A DNA stretch of 64,000 bases from Eledone cirrhosa (GCA_964016885.1 OZ024745.1:122202001-122266000), one strand, 5' to 3'; counted from the first letter of the stretch, positions 24,171 through 38,974 are shown. The notes: generated by a model not told the origin, from the letters alone. Translations and numbers: made by a program.

Positions 24171-26897
24171 TGTTCTTTGTTGTGTCACCATAAAACCACT
24201 TTATCATGTGGGCTGGGGGAGGGGAAGTGCATGGGGATTGGAGGGGTAGATCTAGGGTGGGATGAGGGACTTATCTGGTGAAGGGTTGAGTGTTAGGATG
24301 TGGTGTGTGTGTGGAAGGAAGGAAGGAGAGGAATGTGGTGCATACTAGATGAATGCTTCAACCAATGCACATGAGAAGAGGGTGTCTTGTGTTTTATAGC
24401 ACTGGGATGACTGAAGAATCCACATACACATCAAAATAATTTTAAAACCCATGAGTTTTACTGATAAGATGGTGATATAATATGTAATAGGAAATACTAT
24501 AACGGTCAATGCAAATATTTAGATATTTTAAATCCCTATCCAAGCATTGTCAAAGAGTGCATTCACATCTTTTAAGCTGAATGTATATTACCTTCAGGCA
24601 GCGAATTAGCAGAGTTGTTAGAACATTGGATAGAATGCTTTACGATATTTGTCTCACCTCATTGTGTGCTCTGAGTTCAAATCTTGCCAAGGTCAACTTT
24701 GCCTTTCATCCTTTGGAAGTTGATAAAAAAAAGTACCAGTCTAGTACTGGAGTCAATTCTTCCTCTATATCTCTTTCTCATTTCCTCTCTCTTACTTTCT
24801 ACCCTTCTGGAAGAAATCTGCTGTACTCAGACCTGGAGAGGGAGGGGCTCTGCCAGGCCTAAAACGCTGAAGAAACAACATATGTCAATACGGCACCCCT
24901 ACAACTCCACCAGGAGTTACAGGACCACACCACATTACCTTCAACTGTTAACTATTGTGTATCTCATCACCTGCATCTAAGCATATGTATGGTATGGTCC
25001 CATAACTCCAGATGGAGTCATAGGGGCTTCTTAGTGGAGTACAGTGTTTCTTTACCATTTTAAGCCTGGTGGGCCCCATCCCTCGCCAGGTCTGAATACA
25101 CTAGATTTCTTCCAGTGAAAGATAGAAAGTGAGAGAAAGAGATATAGAGGAAGAATTGACCCCAGTAGTAGACTGGTACTTTTTTTTATTGACCTCAAAA
25201 AGATGAAAGGCAAAGTTGACCATGGCAGGATTTGAACTCAGAGAGCTGGAATGAATACCACAAGGCATTCTATCTGACATTCTAATGACTCTGCCAATTC
25301 ACCGTTTAAAGCATATATATATATACCATCTTCCATATGAGAATGAGATGTCTTGTCACGTTTGTGAGGACATTTATTTCTATACGATAATGTCCATCTA
25401 GCCATTAGCAGACTTTCTGGGAATGTTCTTTGCAGTAGATGGCTTTTCTCCAGAGATATTACACCTAGAACACTGAGTTACTGTGCAATTAGCAATTATG
25501 TGCTGGATTTATCTGATTCTTTGATTTCTTATTATAATTCAATATTTCATAAAAGAAACATTTTAACACTTTACAACCACATTTGTAAGAATGATAAATT
25601 GAAGGTTGTAACATCATCAGTATCATAGCTTTTACATCCATTTGTTCCATCTAGTATGGAAAAAAATAGACAAGACTTTTATGGGGCATTACTCTATGGC
25701 CAAATGCCCTTCCTGAAGTCAACTCCTATTTGTTTTTTAGGTAACTTATTGATCTTTGCATCAGTTGCTGGACTGCAAGACTTTTGTTTATATGGGTGGT
25801 AAACAAATGCCACTATTATCTGCATTGAATGCAAAATAATTTTTTCTACTTCTGTCACAAGGCCAGCAATTACCTCAGTGTATTACTGGTGCTTTATTTT
25901 ATCGACCCTGTAAGGATGAAAGGCAAAGTTAACCTCGGCAGGATTTGAACTCAGAACATAAAGGTCCATGACTCTATGCTGCAAAGCATGGCATCCGACC
26001 CTCTACTGCCAATACTGCCAATCCATGACGGAGAGAGTGAGTGATAGAACAGATTTTGTACAGTTTCCATCTACCAATTTCACTCACAAGACCTTAGTAG
26101 AAAACACTTTTCCAGTTTTCACACAGTGGGGAAGAATCTCAAACCGTATGGCTGTGAAATGAACTTCTAAAGTACAGCCATTCCTTGTAGTTAAATGTAT
26201 CAGGACAAATACTACTTTACAGCTAAGTAGAAAGAAGTTTGGTAAATCACATTCAAGTAAAATGTAATATATTTACTAGCTGCAAAGTTTTGAATCTGTG
26301 AGATTATGAGTCAGGAGTTGAGCATTTTAACTACCCACATGACATAAAATATCTTCGAACAGCAATGCCTTGTCATAATACATTACATTAGCTTTGAAAT
26401 AACTCAGGTAAATTGATTGATGAGACATTCCTGTAAGACCAGGTTGGAAATGTTTAGATAATGTATCTATATAAACACTAACTGAGAATGAAACAGTTGA
26501 ATAAGCTTGTGGTATGTATTACTGACAATAAGGCAGACACAACATACACTCTACAGGGGCAGTGTTTTATTAAACCATGTCCATTTGGATAATAACTCTG
26601 TCAAGATGGCTGCAAACTATACTCAAACAGTAAGACAGAGCATAGGTTGATCTGTAGCTCTTTGCTTCTCCTACCCCCCCCCCCCCCCCCCCTCTCTGTC
26701 TACCACATTAACAGCACACACTGTAAATTTGGTTGGCATTATGAAGGGCATCTAGCTATAGAAACCAGATCAAAATCAGTCCTGTGGGAGCAAATCATGG
26801 TCCCCCAACTTGATCCCTCACAAAGGGACAGCCTTTTTTTACCCATGCTAGCATGGAAGATGGACATTAAATGATGAAGATGATAATGATATATATA

Positions 26898-26938
<41 letters not shown>

Positions 26939-27039
26939 CAAGGAAAATGATGTTTGCATGTCTTCGTCTGTCTGTTTGTCTCTTACTCCCTCTGTCTTTC
27001 TGTCTGTTTTTCTTTTGTCTTTCTTTCTCTCTACTTGCA

Positions 27040-27230
27040 CAAATATAGGAGGAGGTGGCATTTAGATCCTTCGAGATGGAGTATTATCAATTCAGCAAAA
27101 TCCTATAGAGGCGGTAGGACTAAATGTACTTTGTTTGACCAAAGCATTAGAAATAGTAACTTCTGATATTAGTCTCCCATAACTCTAGTATTGAAATAGT
27201 ACTTTCTTGTCCACATAGAACCTTTCATTC
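27040..27230 (+). mobile_element. Penelope-like ORF C-terminal remnant
   Basis: With two frameshifts: RWSIINSAKSYRGGRTKCTLCLTKALEIV...NSSIEIVLSCPHR, resembling the W.I...Y...C.LC..EK..I...LN.R.E...C.H tail I recall from GIY-YIG PLE ORFs. Confidence 0.45.
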
Positions 27231-27888
27231 TTTCTTTTATAATACACTCGAACCTGATTAAGTTTAACATTTACTTTCACCTTTATATTCTAATTAAGTA
27301 TTCCCTTTGCTTTCATCTTACAGTGCTTCATTATTCGTCTTGTTGCTATTGTTTGCCCTGCCTATTGATTCTACTATCCTATAACCTTTATTATTAGTCC
27401 TAGTATAAATTTGGTATCCATGTGTGTTTGTAGTGATATATGTGTGTATATCCGTATAGGTATTTATGTATGTATATATATATATATGTATGTATATGTA
27501 TATAAATATGTACATATATATTTATGTATACATTTGTGTGTGTGTGTACATGTATGTATGTGTCTATATGTGTGTATGTGGAGAATGTGTGTGCAACCAC
27601 ACACACACAGAAAACCACTCAACTAGTACACATCTTTTTTACATATTACCATATTAATATATTATTATATATATGAGCACACCTATGTGTGTGTGTGTTT
27701 GTATTTATGTCTGTGTGTATGTAGAAGAGTATGTGCACATAAATAGCCATAAACTCTAGGTAAATAGTTCTTAAGAATTAAATCATCTTACAGACTGATA
27801 TACTATAGCGAATATGGGCTTCCATAATTCTTTTTTCCTTTACCTTTTTAAAATACTATATTAGAATTAAATTTGATTGTAACTTTAA

Positions 27889-28107
27889 CCCTTTAGCATT
27901 CACATTACTCTATATATACTATTGTATTTTCGTAGTAAACACTTTCTTACATAATTATCTCATATAATAACGAATCTATGAGATTTTGATATTATTTATT
28001 TTGAGAACAATACCTTAACATCAGTATAAGCCGCCAGTTTCAACTGGTTTGAACAGAATGAGGTGAGACATTTCTGGCCGGATATGGCTGGTTTGAATGC
28101 TAAAGGG
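27889..28107. mobile_element. ~200-220 bp piggyBac-type MITE with TTAA TSD (representative copy)
   Basis: TTAA|CCCTTTAGCATT...AATGCTAAAGGG|TTAA; other copies at 13991-14192, 17252-17451, ~22981-23179, ~29043-29226, 29499-29715, 34626-34837, 34920-35139, ~37989-38207, ~39900-40090, ~46790-46996, ~50524-50693, 58228-58436, 58456-58844. Confidence 0.85.
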
Positions 28108-28317
28108 TTAAGGAATAAATGTTATAAAATTGATAAGCCTTAATTTCACTCCTATAATGTGTACTCAAGTGAAAATACTAGTATATATATATATATATAT
28201 ATACATACTTAGGGTAAACATTGATGCAATTCAATTCAAGCACTCAACGTACTTTTTCCACATAGGAGTGACGGAGTATATAAGTAAAAGCGAAGTAGTT
28301 TCAGATGTTCAAAGGAC

Positions 28318-28361
<44 letters not shown>

Positions 28362-28389
28362 AAAACGAAGAATCAGTGATGCATTTATT

Positions 28390-28482
28390 ACGTATTACAA
28401 TTGTTTCTCCAGCAAACAGCTCAAGGTGCTATTTGTTTTTGGATCAAACCTGACTCTGGATTCGCAAGTTCCTCAGATTCAT
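28390..28482 (-). ncRNA. Hammerhead-like motif with long stem II insert
   Basis: Minus strand: CUGAGGA, ~62-nt stem II region (UCCAG/CUGGA), GAAA, palindrome CAAUUG, UA (GUA triplet), imperfect stem I, then AAUAAA. Confidence 0.45.
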
Positions 28483-30364
28483 CTAGTGATTTTGAAGCAA
28501 ATCCACTTTCATATTATTATACTCTGCTCCTAAGGAGCATAGAGTGCTCAACTGGCATACCGCCTATGGACGCATCCAAGCAACCTTACTACAAATATAA
28601 ATATACTAGTATTTTATACATATATATATATAACAACAGTTAATAAACAATTGTCCTAGATAATGGTTAATTAACTGTTGTGGAACTAACTTCTACTGAA
28701 CTCGTTCCATGGACTGAGTACTCTACTACTATATAATGTATATGTATATAGATACGTACCTGTCTGTTTCTGTTTGCAGTTTATTTATGTCTTGCAACTT
28801 AGCAGTGTGACACCAAATAAGTACCATACTTGAAAAAAAAAAATCCATTTAATTACATAAACCAGTAAAATAAAAGAATATATTTCCTTTGAGTTTTTTT
28901 TACATTAATGTTTGAGAAACTGTAAAGAACTGCTTCAAAAACTAATTAGAATTTAATCATTTGGTTCTTCTGCAAATAGGTTTCCAAGAGTAAATACAAT
29001 GTATTTCTTATCACATTTAAGATTTGACATATGCTTCATTAACCCTTTAGCATTTCCAGTCTTCTATATTTAATATTGTATTTTCACAGTAAAGGTTTTA
29101 TCCCATAATATCGAATCTATTAAGATTTTGATATTATGTATTTTGAGACCAACACTTTAGTGTCGGTATGAGGGGTCGGATGGGGCCAGATTCTGGCCAG
29201 ATACGACCAGTTTAAATGCTAAAGGATTAATTAGAAATTTATATGTCTAAGAAGGAAATTATATGTCTCTTTATAGTAATTTCCAGTAAGTTATAGTTAA
29301 ACTTAGTAAGTTACTATATCAATATAAACAGAGTAATAATTGTCTTCATTATATGATATAAGCCATTGATATATCATACATATCTACTTCTGCAGGCAGA
29401 AATATTAAAAGATATATACTTCTTAAGAGTAGAAATAACTTTAAGTGCGATATTATAGTGTGGAGAAGCTGTGAAAACAAGATGACATTTTTGTTTAACC
29501 CTTTAGCATTTAAACCAGCCATATCTGGCCAGAATTCTCTCACCTCTTTCTGTTTAAACTGGCCATAACTGGCTGCTCATACTGATGTTAAGGTATTGTT
29601 CTCAAAATAAATAACAACATAACCTCATAGAATATTATGCGAGATAATTATGTGAAGTAAAGCTTTTACCATGAAAATATAATAGTAAATATAGAGTAAT
29701 GTAAATGCTAAAGGGTTAAGTGGATAATATTTCAGCATGTGTTGATTTGATACGAGCATGATACGATTCTCTTCTTACTTTCATATGGTATCATAATAAT
29801 ATATTAACCCTTTCATGTGATGCAGTCATAGTGCTACTTTATACCTTTCATGAATGTCTTGTTGATGGAGTTTCATGTGCTGCAGGCTGTTAAGAGTTAA
29901 TTTATACAGGTGGGTTTGTTTCATAGACCCGGAGGTGTTTTGAGGGGGGGATTGGTATCAAAAGTGTTGACTATGAAAAAAGAAAAAATAAGGAAAGAAA
30001 ATACATATCTATGTCAGTTTTCCTTCCATCTTTATGTTACATCCTATTTTACATACATCATCATTATCATCATTATGTCCGTTTATGCATGCTGAGTGAG
30101 ATTTTAAACGTAAATTTCTATGGGTGGATATCCTTCTTACCCAACCCTTAATTGCGCTTTTAAGTAAGACAGGAATCTTTTCATATTTACCAGCTGGGTA
30201 GTGAGATCTTTGTTTACATGAAACATAAACATCACCACCTGTGATGTTGAATCCAAAGAAAAGGCAAACAAGTGTAATGTTTGGGTGTGTTTGTATGTTT
30301 ATGTATGCATCAGAACATTTCATTTTCTAATTATATATGTGTGTGTGTATTTGTTAGTTTCCAC

Positions 30365-31667
30365 ATGAGTTACACTCAAGAATTATGAGACTTTCTTTTC
30401 AGGCACTTTTAATTGACCTTTGTAACTGTCACTCTAATACATATACTTCCTTGATATGGTTATAATAAGCTAGCATGCTAATCCCCCCCCCCCCCCCCCG
30501 GCTGAAGGTTTGGGCTGCTACAACACTTTAAACACTACCTGTTGTACAGGTCTTGTCACAGCTGACTGGTTCCAAAATGCAGTCAGGACGTGAGGACAAC
30601 TTGGAGGCTAGATATACAATAAGGATTTGTGTCAAGCTCAACAAAATCACTGCAGAAACCTCTGAAGTGGTCAAAACTGTTTACAGACTAACTTTCCGCT
30701 GACACAAAAGGTTTCAGGAGGGCAGGGAGCAAGTGAGGGATGACGAGAGGTGTAGCAGGGCGAGGGCCATCAGGATGCCAAAGCCAGTCAACAAAATTTG
30801 CAAATTTCTGGACGCGGACCATCTTGCATCTCTTCTGATAATTGCTAAACAATTTGAAGTGGCTGAGGGTACTGTGTACAGTCATTCATGATGATCTGAA
30901 CATGCACAAAGTTTGTGTAAAGTTTCTTCTTAGAGTGCTCAATGAAGATCAGGCAGAGTTGCATTGATGACAGCAGGTAGATGGTTGAGTGGATAACTTC
31001 AAATCCAAGTGTCCTTGAGTCTCTGGTAACCTGTGACAAGAGCTGGGTCTACTGTTATGATCCAGAAACCAAGAGACAGAGTGCCCAGTAGAAACATTGA
31101 CTCCCCAAGACACAAAAAGGCCAGGTAAAGCAGGTCCACTGAGAAGCTCAGGATGATCCTTTTTTTCAACAGCAAAGGCACCATCTACATCCACTGAGTC
31201 ACCCACAGACAGACTGCCAACAAAGAGTACTATGTAGAGGTTTTGAGGCAGTTCACAAGGGACCAGAACTATTCAAGTCTGGTCAGTGACACCTGTACCA
31301 GGACAATGTCCCCTGTCACAAATCCATCTTGGTGACCAACTACTTGGCCAATATAGGGATCAAGGCTGTCTCCCATCCTCCCTACAGTCCAGACTTAACC
31401 TCATGTGACTTCTGGATGTTCCTGAAGCTGAAGACATTCAGGGGTATCTATTTTAAGGATTTGGAGGGGATGAAGGAGGCTGGGACAATTGCCCTGGACA
31501 CCTTCACTTTGGAGGACTACAAGGGGGCATTCTACAAGTGGCTGGAGTGTTACAAGTGCACTGAAGTTGGAGGATCCTACTTTAAGGGAGACTAGAGTTT
31601 TGTGTTGATCTGAGGTAAATAAATGTCTCTCTGATAAAAGTCTCAAAACCTCTTGAGTGTACCTCAT
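30365..31667 (+). mobile_element. Full-length decayed mariner (DD34D) element
   Basis: Imperfect TIRs ATGAGTTACACTCAAGA..TGAGACTTT / AAAGTCTCA..TCTTGAGTGTACCTCAT, 1.3 kb; VTCDKSWVYCYDPE, QDNVPCH, HPPYSPDLTSCDFW; stops and frameshifts. Confidence 0.9.
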
Positions 31668-32201
31668 TTGTCCATAATGACCGCATTTAAAGCAAATGGT
31701 CATGTTTGTTTATGTCCCTCATAAAGGAGTTGATTTATATATGCCATGCATCTTCCAATTGCCTGGTTAATAATGAGAAAGTTATCTATATATAAATTTC
31801 TGTGATTCTGTCACAACATATAAAGAGAGAGGTGTAGTTTGACGACCTCATACTACTCCTCTCTCTTTACGTCTGCTACTTGCATGAATGTATGTGTAAA
31901 ATGAAGGAAGGGGATGGTGAAAAAACTATGCTGTGTATGATTGTATGTTTGTGTATGTCTGTTTAGTAAGTGTGTCTGTATTTGCACATTTATATTTAGA
32001 TACTCGTACATATAAATGCACATATACCCATACACACACATATGCGTCAGCGTGTTGAAAAAATTGTAGTGTTTTAAAACTCTAAAATATATGAAATATT
32101 TTTATATGTTAAAGATGTGTAAAGTCATAAGATTATATTTGATTTTTCTGTTATATTGCTTGCGGTTATATAATTTCTGTTTTTTTTCTGTCTATTTCCA
32201 G

Positions 32202-32278
32202 CGGAGAGCATAGAGGCTGTTCGCAGTATCAGTCGTCACATCCAGAAGCTGCGAAATCATGGTCTAGGCCTGGGTCAA
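32202..32278 (+). CDS. Internal coding exon A of unidentified host gene (xESIEAVRSISRHIQKLRNHGLGLGQ)
   Basis: Polypyrimidine tract + TTCCAG acceptor (AG 32200-01), GTAAGA donor at 32279; 77 nt, phase 1 to 0, open frame; phase matches the next exon. Confidence 0.7.
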
Positions 32279-35200
32279 GTAAGATTAAAGTCTTTATCAT
32301 TTTATCATTGCTCTCCGCACAATGGATACACTCTTGATTATAACTTAATGCAATAGTAGTTATGTGATAGCAATGTTGTAAAACAACACACAGACACACA
32401 CATACACTCACACACAGACACACACTTGTTCTGGCTCTTTGTGGTCTGAGCTAAAATCAAATTGTGCCCTACTAGAGTCTTCTTCTTTTTCTTCACCCAT
32501 GTATTCCTGGGATGGTCATGGGGGGAAGAATTCTAAAGTACTCCTTCCAGCATGTCCTGTCAGAAGCAATCACTTCCAATTGATCTGGCTAGATCCCCAA
32601 GTGAAACCAGCTGACCACTGCCTACTTGGATGGTAGACTTAATTTGTTACCCAGTCTAATACCACTACCTGGCCCTTGGGCACCTTTTATGGATTCCACT
32701 TTACATTCAGGTCAGGTCTCCTCTTTCCTTCCCTATCACTAGCTTTGAAGACTTTGCAAAGGGTCATAGGCACTGTCCTTCCTACCCTTACTAAATAATG
32801 GTTTTTGACTTAGGCACACGGCCAACAATTTTGGAGGAGGTGAAAGTCGATTAAATTGAACCCCAGTTCATTACTGGTACTTTATTTTATCAATTCCGTA
32901 AGGATAAAAGACAAAGTGAACCTTGGCAGTATTTCAACTCAGAACGTAAAGGACCATAACTTAATGCTGCAAATCGTTTTGTCCGATGCTCTACCAATAC
33001 TGCCAATCCAATACCCTCTTCCCTGGGTAAAGGGTAAAGACCCCATTCGGTCACAAATGACCATGTGATTTGCACCTAGAAAGTTTTCCTCCAAGGCACA
33101 AGTCCAGGCAAGGTTGTTTGTGGAAGACCAGCAGTCTCCCATACATACCAGTCTCCCCTCTCCACGCCACCGATGACGTCCAAGGGAAAGGCTATGGCCG
33201 ATACAGCTTGGCACCAGTGACGTCGCAACTCATTTCTACAACTGAGTAAACTGAAGCAACGTGAAATAAAGTGTCTTGCTGTGGGACCGAACACAGAGCC
33301 CGGTCTGAGAATCGAAATCACAACCTCATAATTGTAAGCCCAACACTCTAACCACTAAACCTGACTAAATTATAAAAAGTAAAACAAAAGATGTAGATAT
33401 TTCTTACAGTTAATATTAAAATCTTAAATTAGGCTTCATCTGCTAGATCCATTTTCTAACTTTAAATAAGTTATTTTGTGTTTATTTTATATCAACACTT
33501 AAGTGCTATAACTTCTCATGTCCTATACTTCATGGAGCTACATTAGCAAGACATTCTTGAAATTTAGATCACATTTCAAAATTAAAATATTTACTCTAAT
33601 ACTGCATATGTTCACAATTATCTGTTCCCAAGTAAAGATACTATAAACATTTGAATTAACAAGTCTGACTTTAGATATTTTCTGCTGAAACAGTACATGT
33701 TGAGTAAAAATACAAACAAAAAAAGTAATATTACTTTCAGATATAGTCCACAATGCACTTTTAAGACAGACATCTTTTCTTATGTTTGTTTAATTTTATT
33801 TATAAATATTAATATTCATTGTTATGAGTATTATTATATTACACTGGTGGATTGGCAGTACCGGTAGAGCGTCAGACAACATGCTTTGCAGCATTTACGT
33901 TCTGTGTTCAAATCAGCTTGAGAGAATAGTTAGTAGGTTTTGTGGAAATGTTACCTGTAATAGATTGACATCCAGAGAGAAATTCATCATTAATGTTTCA
34001 GAATTTAGAACCAAACAATTGTATTTTGTATACAAGGGCATCCAGCTGTAGAAACCAACCAAAATCAGTACTGTATGTGCAAAACATGGTCACCTGGCCT
34101 AGCACTGCTCACAACAGGACAGCTTGTCTAACCCATTGGACATTAAACAGTGATGATGATGATGATGTATCTATGTAATTCTTGAAAACATTTGAAGTTT
34201 ACAAAGAAATCATTTTACAAAGCTTTGAGCAAATTTGAACTTTGAAAGTATGTGAGCTTCTTGTAAGCTGCTATAGTTCAGGTGTAAATCTCCTCTTTCT
34301 TCCACCTCTAACGGTTTATATGCCCAACCTTTTTGACTAACTTTCAAAATTCACATTTGAAATTCATTATTTGAATTCAAGGACTAGATTAAAAATAATT
34401 GTTTCTACTTTTGGCACAACGCCAGCAATTACCCCAGTGCATTACTGATGTTTTATTTTATCGACCCCGTAAGGATGAAAGTCAAAGCTAACCTCGGTGG
34501 GAATTGAACTCAGAACGTAAAGGGCCGTAACTCTACGCGCACGCACGCACGCACACACACACACACACGGGTTTCCCCACAGTTTCCATCTACTAAGTTC
34601 ACTCACAAAGTATTAGTTAACTTAACCCTTTAGCATTTACATTACTCTATATTTTCACAGTAAAGATTTTACCTCACATAATTATTTCGTATAATATTGA
34701 ATCTATGAGATTTTGATATTATTTATTTTGAGAACAATACCTTAACATCAGTATGAGTGGCCAGTTAAAGCTGGTTGGTTTGAACAGAAAGAGGTGAGAG
34801 AATCTGGCTGGATATGGCCATTTTAAATGCTAAAGGGTTAAAGACACTTGACCTAAAAGCATGTGGCTGTGAAGAAATAGTTTTAACCATATAGCTATTC
34901 TTCAAACTGCATGTGTTAACCCTTTAACATTTACATTACTCTATATATACTATTGTATTTTCATGGTGAAGGCTTTACATCGCATAATTATCTCACATAA
35001 TATCGAATCTATGAGATTTTGAAAGTATTTATTTAGAGAACAATACCTTAACATCAGCATGAACGACCAGTTACAGCCAGTTTTAACAGAAAGAGGTAAA
35101 GAATTCTGGTCGGTTTTGGCCGGTTTGAACATTAAAGGGTTAATATAGCAGCCATGACATATTCCTAAGTGGTTGATTGGTCGATGTTATTAATTCTGCT

Positions 35201-35909
35201 AATCCTCCTTTAGTCTACAATACTATTCTTAGAAATGAATCATCTATGTCATGTGTTTTCATTGTTTGATGTTTTATGGTGCTGTTCTTACCTGCCCTAA
35301 GTGTTTTCTAGATAAATAAAAGGGAACAAAGTACACTTCTGCTTTTGGGGTGTGTGGGGTGTTTTTTGTTTTAAGTAATTTACATACAGCTTGCTTTATC
35401 CATCTCATTCACATAAGGAGTCAAAAAAAGAAATGAAAGTTGAAGAGATTGAGATTTTAAAAAAATGGTGGAAATTCTGAACATATAAACATTATTTATA
35501 TAATATTCAATAAATTTTGATGAAATTATATAATGTTTGCAATAAAAAAAATAATAATAATGGTTTCTTATATAGGCACAAGGCCAGTAATTTGGGGGGA
35601 GGGGAAAGTCGATTAAATCAACCCCAGTGCATGACTGGTACTTTATTTTATCGACCCCGTAAGGATGAAAGGCAAAGTTAACCTCAGCGGGATTTGAACT
35701 CTGATCATAAAGGGCCGTAACTCTATGCTGCAAAGCATGGTGTCCGACCCTCACTGCCAAGGGAGCAGTAGACTCTACACCCATCTGGGCAGTGTGTCTC
35801 AGCTGTACCCTGCAGACAAAATGGGGGAAAGCATTGCCTCGGACAACAGCCAGTGATACTGCATCAGCTGTGTGAAGACTGAGGACATTAGAGGTCTCAA
35901 TAGTAACTG

Positions 35910-36685
35910 TCATCATCATCATCATTGTTTAACGTCTATCTTCCACGCTAGCATGGGTTTAGACGGGAATTGTCCCACTTGAGGCAAGATTGGCCGTCTC
36001 ACTCATATAGGACTGTCTGGCGGGTTTTCTACGGCTGGATGCCCTTCCTAACACCAACCACGTTTACAGTGTGGACTGGGAGGTTTTTACCGTGTTACCT
36101 ACACGGCCACATTACAGCGTGGACTGTGTGTTTTTTTGTCGTGACACCTACACGACCTCATTTATTTAGGACTGGATGTTGTGGTATCAACATAACTTTA
36201 CAGAGAGAGGGTGGTGTTGGTGGGAGTGGGGGTGGTGGAGTAGGGGTAGTGGATGGGGTGTATATTTGGTTAAGAAGTGCCTACTGACTGTAGGTTTCGC
36301 TATGTACTTAGGTAAGGCGGGTCTTCTGTATTACTGTGTGGCGCCAAAGATCTCGGTCCAGTGACATTGTCTTGGAGAGGTGTAAGTGTGTAAGGAATTT
36401 ATCAAATCGTCCCAGCTTTTTCTGGGTCTACCTTCTCTGTAACTTCCATCAATTTTGATCGCCCTGCACTTTTTTATACAGCTGTCGTCTTTCATGCGCA
36501 TCACGTGACCATACCAACGTAGTCTTCTCTCGAGTAAACAGCATCTGATCCCTCTTATTCCTAATTTCTCACTTAGTTCATTTATGCTTTGCTGTTCGCG
36601 TATATTACTATTACACATCCAAAGGAACATGCATGCTTCGTCCTCTGCACACAATGCCCATGTCTCACTGCCATGTAACATTGCT
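35910..36685 (-). mobile_element. RTE-derived composite (RT C-terminus plus SINE-like module)
   Basis: LHGSETW...ERRLRWYGHVMRMKDDSCIKKC...GRPRKSW; homologous inverse copy 52410-53010; related fragments 18410-18715 and 43620-43990. Confidence 0.75.
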
Positions 36686-37407
36686 GTATATATATATATA
36701 TATATAAAAACTTACAATTTATCAAAAAGTTTAGATGATTTGAAATTTGTCTAAACACAGAGTTGGTACAATGATCATAGTGGTATATAATTGGGGTAAC
36801 CTAATCTTAGGGACAGAAAATAAGTGCCCAGCAGCCATTACAGAGAATCAAACTCTATATCTCTTGAATTCCAGCTGAGCATGTTATCCACTACGCCAAA
36901 TAGCAAAATAAACTGGTAGCTTATTTAGAGATTGTTGAAAATTATATATTCATGGAGATGCTCATTTGTATATAGTACAGGCTTGATTTAACTAGCAATA
37001 TCACTAACAAAGTGATTCATAATAAAGTCCTATATGAAAGCACATACAATATGCTTTCTGATTTGGGCATAAGGCCAACATTTTGCGGGAAGAGAAAACT
37101 TGATTAAATTGACACCAGTGCATTACTGGTATTTTATTTTATTGACCTAATAAGTATGAAATGCAAAGCTAACCGCTGTGGGATTTGAATTCAGAATCTA
37201 AAGGTCTGTAACTTTATACTGATACTGCAATACATGTTGTCCAATGATCTACTGATACTGCCAAATCAAAATATACCTGAGTCTTGCTGTGGGCATTTTA
37301 AGCTGCAATCACGTTTTTCTCACCTCAGCAACCATGCAAGAACTCCAAATACTACTATTTCAAGATGTTTATCTATCTTTAGTGATGTCTACTCAACACG
37401 CACATCT

Positions 37408-37599
37408 TGTTATAATGGTGTAACACACCTGTTTAGTATATCTGTACGAAACACGGGTAAAACCAAGGTATTCACCAGGTGTAATTCCAAACTACCAGGA
37501 AGAGACTACTACACGAGACTATGTACAGTTCACTCAGTTCTCATTTATAGACATTTTGCCTAGTCCCCTTTTAGTTACGCTGGGTTTTTCCCTACAACA
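37408..37599. mobile_element. Second solo-LTR-like copy
   Basis: Same TGTTATAATGGTG start, AAGGTATTCACCAGGTGTAAT core and ACAACA end as 18778-18987. Confidence 0.55.
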
Positions 37600-37944
37600 C
37601 ATACATACAATGGAATTCTGCACAGCTTCTGAATATCAAATTTTGGTCATAAGTCATTGGTAATCCTGTGTTTACTGTAGAATACACTACCCCAAAGTGC
37701 AGCATGGTGTTAGCAAAACCTCAAAACATGTCGTTGCTAAGTGAACGCCTTAGCCACATGGCTCCGCAGTGTTTAACTGATAAAATCCAAATTTTTTCTG
37801 TTCCATACATTATGCATTCAAGCCATGCTTTGATTTAACATTTTCTTAATTAACTATTTCTCTCTCTCTCCCTCTCTCTCTCTCCCTCCTTTTTCTTACC
37901 GTATCTGTGCATGTGTGTAACTCTCTCTCTTTCTCTCTCTCTCT

Positions 37945-37988
<44 letters not shown>

Positions 37989-38974
37989 CCCTTTAGCATT
38001 TAAAGCGGCCATATTCGGCCAGAATTCACTCACCTCTTTCTGTTCAAACTCGCTGTAACTGGTTGCTCATACTTATGTTAAGGTATTGTTCTCAAAGTAA
38101 ATAATATCCAAACTTCATAGATTCGATATTATGTGAGATAATTATGTGAGGTAAAGACTTTACCATGAAAATATAATAGTAAATATAGAGTAAAGTAAAT
38201 GCTAAAGTGTATATACCATTAAAAAGGTTTGTCAAATACAATCTGAAACCACTTGGCATCGCAGTCTTGTTTATACCATTCTTTATATCCAGTCTACTTC
38301 TTCTCATGAATAGCTTACTGCTTTGATTTGTGGTTTCCCCGGTCACAGCACCACAGACTTTATGTATGTATATAAACACAGAGGGAAGGAGAAAGTGAAT
38401 GAATAAATATAATGATTTAGTATGTTGGTACAGATTTGTGTGATCACTAAGTACATTTATCCTTTTGTCAATACAATATTAATTTTCGATATCGTAAATC
38501 AATACCATTAGATTTCTCATATCTAATTCAATAAAAAGTTCACCAATGTCCAGTAGACTAATAATATTCTTCTGAGAGCAACCAGTAGTATATCATCATC
38601 ATCGTTTAACGTCCATCTTCCATGCTAGCATGGGTTAGATAGGTTTGTCCTATTTAGAAGCAAGTTGGGTTGGGTGACTGTGTCTCGCTCATATAGGACT
38701 GCTTCTGGCTGGTTTTCTACGGCTGGATGCCCTTCCTAATGCCAAGCATTTGATTATATGCTGTCCACAGCATATAATCTGTCCACAGCATATAAAGGAA
38801 CATAAAAGTTCAATATCTAGGTTAGATGTGAGAGTAGGTTGATAGGCAGTACATGTTGAAGACAAATCTCAGCTGTGGTGATGTTATGCAGGATGAGGTT
38901 TGTTATTGTTCAGAATCTTATGGTTCGGTAAGTCAACGAAGTAGGAGAGTTGATTTACTATAGGTTAGTACATA

